Assembly: GCF_003918875.1 (NCBI RefSeq)
Contig: NW_025767368.1
Span: 1,054,001-1,118,000, forward strand
DNA from: Haliotis rubra
Taxonomy: Eukaryota
Direction: 5' to 3'
Length of the DNA: 64,000 nt
Shown piece after piece: positions 58,521 to 64,000 of the stretch; position 1 is the stretch's first letter, and every line of letters begins with the position of its first letter. The notes beneath the pieces were generated by a model, which saw nothing but the letters and a program-made list of their open reading frames with translations, was not told where the DNA came from and ran no database searches. The position numbers and the translations under genes are program-made.

Positions 58521-61500
58521 CCAAAAGGGTTTGGCTCCTTCACGTACCTCTAAAGCTAAGAACGACGCAGACAGCAAAGAGTTTGGCTCCCTCAGGTATT
58601 ATTTAAAGCTAAGAACGACACAGACAGCAAAGGGTTTGGCTCCCTCAGGTATTATTTAAAGCTAAGAACGACACAGACAGCAAAGAGTTTGGCTCCCTCA
58701 CGTTTTCTCTAAAGCTAAGAACGACACAGACAGCAAAGAGTTTGGCTCCCTCAGGTATTATTTAAAGCTAAGAACGACACAGACAGCAAAGGGTTTGGCT
58801 CCCTCACGTATTCTCTAAAGCTAAGAACGACACAGACAGCAAAGAGTTTGGCTCCCTCAGGTATTATTTAAAGCTAAGAACGACACAGACAGCAAAGGGT
58901 TTGGCTCCCTCAGGTATTATTTAAAGCTAAGAACGACACAGACAGCAAAGAGTTTGGCTCCCTCAGGTATTATTTAAAGCTAAGAACGACACAGACAGCA
59001 AAGGGTTTGGCTCCCTCACGTATTCTCTAAAGCTAAGAACGACACAGACAGCAAAGAGTTTGGCTCCCTCAGGTATTATTTAAAGCTAAGAACGACACAG
59101 ACAGCAAAGGGTTTGGCTCCCTCACGTTCTCTAAAGCTAAGAACGACACAGACAGCAAAGAGTTTGGCTCCCTCAGGTATTATTTAAAGCTAAGAACGAC
59201 ACAGACAGCAAAGAGTTTGGCTCCCTCACGTTTTCTCTAAAGCTAAGAACGACACAGACAGCAAAGAGTTTGGCTCCCTCAGGTATTATTTAAAGCTAAG
59301 AACGACACAGACAGCAAAGGGTTTGGCTCCCTCACGTATTCTCTCTAAAGCTAAGAACGACACAGACAGCAAAGAGTTTGGCTCCCTCAGGTATTATTTA
59401 AAGCTAAGAACGACACAGACAGCAAAGAGTTTGGCTCCCCTCAGGTATTATTTAAAGCTAAGAACGACACAGACAGCAAAGGGTTTGGCTCCCTCAGGTA
59501 TTCTCTAAAGCTAAGAACGACACAGACAGCAAAGAGTTTGGCTCCCTCACGTTTTCTCTAAAGCTAAGAACGACACAGACAGCAAAGAGTTTGGCTCCCT
59601 CAGGTATTATTTAAAGCTAAGAACGACACAGACAGCAAAGAGTTTGGCTCCCTCACGTATTCTCTAAAGCTAAGAACGACACAGACAGCAAAGAGTTTGG
59701 CTCCCTCAGGTATTATTTAAAGCTAAGAACGACACAGACAGCAAAGGGTTTGGCTCCCTCAGGTATTATTTAAAGCTAAGAACGACACAGACAGCAAAGG
59801 GTTTGGCTCCCTCAGGTATTATTTAAAGCTAAGAACGACACAGACAGCAAAGAGTTTGGCTCCCTCACGTTTTCTCTAAAGCTAAGAACGACACAGACAG
59901 CAAAGAGTTTGGCTCCCTCAGGTATTATTTAAAGCTAAGAACGACACAGACAGCAAAGGGTTTGGCTCCCTCACGTATTCTCTAAAGCTAAGAACGACAC
60001 AGACAGCAAAGAGTTTGGCTCCCTCAGGTATTATTTAAAGCTAAGAACGACACAGACAGCAAAGGGTTTGGCTCCCTCAGGTATTATTTAAAGCTAAGAA
60101 CGACACAGACAGCAAAGAGTTTGGCTCCCTCAGGTATTATTTAAAGCTAAGAACGACACAGACAGCAAAGGGTTTGGCTCCCTCACGTATTCTTAAAGCT
60201 AAGAACGACACAGACAGCAAAGGGTTTGGCTCCCTCAGGTATTATTTAAAGCTAAGAACGACACAGACAGCAAAGGGTTTGGCTCCCTCACGTATTCTCT
60301 AAAGCTAAGAACGACACAGACAGCAAAGGGTTTGGCTCCCTCAGGTATTATTTAAAGCTAAGAACGACACAGACAGCAAAGGGTTTGGCTCCCTCAGGTA
60401 TTATTTAAAGCTAAGAACGACACAGACAGCAAAGAGTTTGGCTCCCTCACGTATTCTCTAAAGCTAAGAACGACACAGACAGCAAAGGGTTTGGCTCCCT
60501 CAGGTATTATTTAAAGCTAAGAACGACACAGACAGCAAAGGGTTTGGCTCCCTCAGGTATTATTTAAAGCTAAGAACGACACAGACAGCAAAGGGTTTGG
60601 CTCCCTCACGTATTCTCTAAAGCTAAGAACGACACAGACAGCAAAGAGTTTGGCTCCCTCAGGTATTATTTAAAGCTAAGAACGACACAGACAGCAAAGA
60701 GTTTGGCTCCCTCACGTTTTCTCTTAAAGCTAAGAACGACACAGACAGCAAAGAGTTTGGCTCCCTCAGGTATTATTTAAAGCTAAGAACGACACAGACA
60801 GCAAAGGGTTTGGCTCCCTCAGGTATTATTTAAAGCTAAGAACGACACAGACAGCAAAGGGTTTGGCTCCCTCAGGTATTATTTAAAGCTAAGAACGACA
60901 CAGACAGCAAAGAGGTTTGGCTCCCTCAGGTATTATTTAAAGCTAAGAACGACACAGACAGCAAAGAGTTTGGCTCCCTCACGTATTATTTAAAGCTAAG
61001 AACGACACAGACAGCAAAGGGTTTGGCTCCCTCACGTATTCTCTAAAGCTAAGGACGACACAGACAGCAAAGAGTTTGGCTCCCTCAGGTATTATTTAAA
61101 GCTAAGAACGACACAGACAGCAAAGAGTTTGGCTCCCTCAGGTATTATTTAAAGCTAAGAACGACACAGACAGCAAAGGGTTTGGCTCCCTCACGTATTC
61201 TCTAAAGCTAAGAACGACACAGACAGCAAAGAGTTTGGCTCCCTCAGGTATTATTTAAAGCTAAGAACGACACAGACAGCAAAGGGTTTGGCTCCCTCAG
61301 GTATTATTTAAAGCTAAGAACGACACAGACAGCAAAGAGTTTGGCTCCCTCAGGTATTATTTAAAGCTAAGAACGACACAGACAGCAAAGAGTTTGGCTC
61401 CCTCACGTTTCTCTAAAGCTAAGAACGACACAGACAGCAAAGAGTTTGGCTCCCTCAGGTATTATTTAAAGCTAAGAACGACACAGACAGCAAAGGGTTT

Positions 61501-62175
61501 GGCTCCCTCACGTATTCTCTCTAAAGCTAAGAACGACACAGACAGCAAAGAGTTTGGCTCCCTCAGGTATTATTTAAAGCTAAGAACGACACAGACAGCA
61601 AAGGGTTTGGCTCCCTCAGGTATTATTTAAAGCTAAGAACGACACAGACAGCAAAGAGGTTTGGCTCCCTCACGTATTCTCTAAAGCTAAGAACGACACA
61701 GACAGCAAAGGGTTTGGCTCCCTCAGGTATTATTTAAAGCTAAGAACGACACAGACAGCAAAGGGTTTGGCTCCCTCACGTATTCTCTAAAGCTAAGAAC
61801 GACACAGACAGCAAAGAGTTTGGCTCCCTCAGGTATTATTTAAAGCTAAGAACGACACAGACAGCAAAGGGTTTGGCTCCCTCACGTATTATTTAAAGCT
61901 AAGAACGACACAGACAGCAAAGGGTTTGGCTCCCTCACGTATTTAAACCTAAGAACGACACAGACAGCAAAGGGTATGGCTCCCTCACGTATTTAAAGCT
62001 AAGAACGACACAGACAGCAAAGGGTTTGGCTCCCTCACGTATTTAAAGCTAAGAACGACACAGACAGCAAAGGGTTTGGCTCCCTCACGTATTTAAACCT
62101 AAGAACGACACAGACAGCAAAGGGTTTGGCTCCCTCACGTATTCCCCAAAGCTAAGGGTAGGACGACACAGACAG
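58521..62175. repeat. 53-bp satellite, ~69 copies, with interspersed variant units
   Basis: Unit AAAGCTAAGAACGACACAGACAGCAAAG(A/G)GTTTGGCTCCCTCA(GGTATTATTT or CGTATTCTCT). Confidence 0.98.
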
Positions 62176-63035
62176 GCAGAGGCTCTGTAGACCTTTAACT
62201 AACTAAACCAGTAAAGCGCCATTGTGAAATGTGTCAAGACTATTCAGAACAATATTTCCTGGAGAGGGTTTCCAGATTTAAACCGGATTTAATTGGAGTC
62301 TTCCCGGTAACATTAATCGTGGCTTTGCCATCACAATAATACTTGACATTTGAATACTAGATGCAGGGAATGGCAAGAAAATAACGCGCGATTCTCCTCG
62401 CTTATCTGCACACGCCAGAAGCTTGGCAAGGATTATGTTGGGTTAGGCGAGTCAAGCGGCCACCACGGAATAGATTAAGTGATAATTAGATTGGAACGCT
62501 GTCTGATTCACTCAGATCAAGCTTTCATCACGGATTTGATTAAAACTAATATGTCATTACACCGGCACGTTACGGAACCTAGGTCAATTTAGGGAAAGAT
62601 TGGATTAAGTTTTTGTTGCTATGGTAACGGATTACAGAACGGAGTTTCTGCTGGGAATGATTTGGTGACTAGGAGCAGAGATTAGGCGGCCAATGCCTCT
62701 CTTCAGCAGACATAGTCTACTCGAGTCAACTGGGTGCTACTTTGGTCGACGCCATCTTTGAGATCGTCTTGCCTGCGCCCTCAGCATGGCTTTTGTCGAT
62801 GTCGACACAGGTGCTGCGCACGAATTTCTAAACAGTTAAAACGGAATTTTCATGTCTCGACTAGAAAATAACTTTTACTGTCAGTCAGGATTTGTAAGAA
62901 TTTTGTCTAAAGTCAAAACAATGCCATGTGCATCAATTAGAGCCAGCGGGCTGTAGCTCACCTGGGTGTGTAGTCACCTACTCATGTCGTCCATAACAAG
63001 AAAAAACACCCAAAGCAGGAGTATAAAATATATTT

Positions 63036-63213
63036 GGGGCGATGGGATAGCCTAGTGGTTAAAGCGTTCCCTCGTCACGCCCAAGACCTGGGTTCGATTC
63101 CGCGCAAGGGTAAAATGTGTGAAGCCCATTTCTGGTGTCCCCCGTCGGGATATTGCTGGAATATTGCTATCGCTTTATTGACTACAGCGGCGTAAACCCC
63201 AACTCACTCACTC
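63036..63213 (+). mobile_element. tRNA-derived SINE, family A, with a small internal insertion
   Basis: Same head, body and tail; extra ATCGCTTTATTGACT in the tail. Confidence 0.85.
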
Positions 63214-63944
63214 ATACATTCCATCAAGATATGTTCAATGGTCTGCACCACATATGGTTCATAACTTAAGTATAACTTTTATTCTGTATTTGTTATGATG
63301 GTTGGAAACCAAAGATACACCTATCTCTCTTGGCTTCGGAAAACTATTCTTCAAAACAACGGGGTACTCATAATTTGAACTATAAAAGTGTTGATTTGAA
63401 TGACATAACCAAATTTGAATCTCGTCAGAATGCAGATTTTAAAGAGTCATACCTTCAGTTTGGTCACAGACAGACGGACAATGTTACATAAGAAGTGATT
63501 AATCATCACAAATGTCAGACTTTGACATGTGAAAGCTTTCAAGCTTCCTTAAAAGCTTTTAGAAAATATACATTTGTAACTATTGTAAGCCCAGGTGCTT
63601 CATTAAATATTCAGCTGATGTCACGGTAGTGATGAGGAAGGGCCGCGCTTTATTTTCCCAGAAGACCATGCTTAAAACCCTTCACTGTTACACACACAAG
63701 TTCGGCATGACCATTGTTTTTCAGGTAATAATGCTTTGCTTGCTGTTAAGAATGAAATTAATTAACACGATGTGCTTATCCAGTGTAAGACATATTAATA
63801 AATCTCGCAATTTCGACAGTCATAAATTAGTGAAAATACTTGGGAAATTCAAGGTCTAAGAGGAGTGTTTTAATTGTAACTAATTACGGCCTTGATTGGT
63901 CCGATTGGGTGAAGACAATTACCCAATGATTCCATCTCACACAA

Positions 63945-63978
63945 GTGAGTGAGTGAGTGAGTGAGTGAGTGAGTGAGT
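63945..63978. repeat. (GAGT)n microsatellite, probably a SINE tail
   Basis: Eight GAGT units; family A tails have the same motif. Confidence 0.8.
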
Positions 63979-64000
63979 ATACCATGGTAAGTCAGCTGTG

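Noticed and set aside
41058-62175. Regular arrays (56, 20 and 53 bp) as CRISPR arrays
   Set aside because: Units are head-to-tail with no unique spacers, there are no cas genes, and the context is eukaryotic.
57400-63030. Candidate ULD/CMP exons of the SATB-like gene
   Set aside because: The minus-strand stretches I inspected gave no convincing ULD motif with matching splice phase; the exons probably lie outside the window.

Overview
AT-rich, repeat-dense animal genomic DNA with spliced genes; the repeat families and the lustrin/perlwapin-like gene suggest a mollusc, possibly abalone (inference only). Genes reconstructed by hand from splice sites: (1) a single-exon 610-aa secreted protein of unknown family (2682-4514, +); (2) a 13-exon ERGIC3 (8726-32733, -), whose ~10.3-kb ninth intron holds ROMO1 on the opposite strand, a tRNA-Pro(CGG) gene and Helentron-like elements carrying satellite arrays; (3) a 5-exon secreted Cys-rich protein with a lustrin-type repeat and five WAP domains (36227-44440, -); (4) ABT1/ESF2 (45404-47715, +); (5) the 3' part of a SATB/Compass-like homeobox gene in which a CUTL domain is spliced directly to a dve-type homeodomain (51015-54686, -). 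Three genes carry small frameshifts, probably consensus errors. Non-coding DNA holds three SINE-like families, a decayed Tc1 transposon, many MITEs with readable target-site duplications (TSDs), four tandem arrays (20, 53, 56 and ~170 bp units), and Penelope-type inverted repeats, one carrying a minimal hammerhead ribozyme motif on each arm. All homology calls are from recalled motifs; no database search was run.
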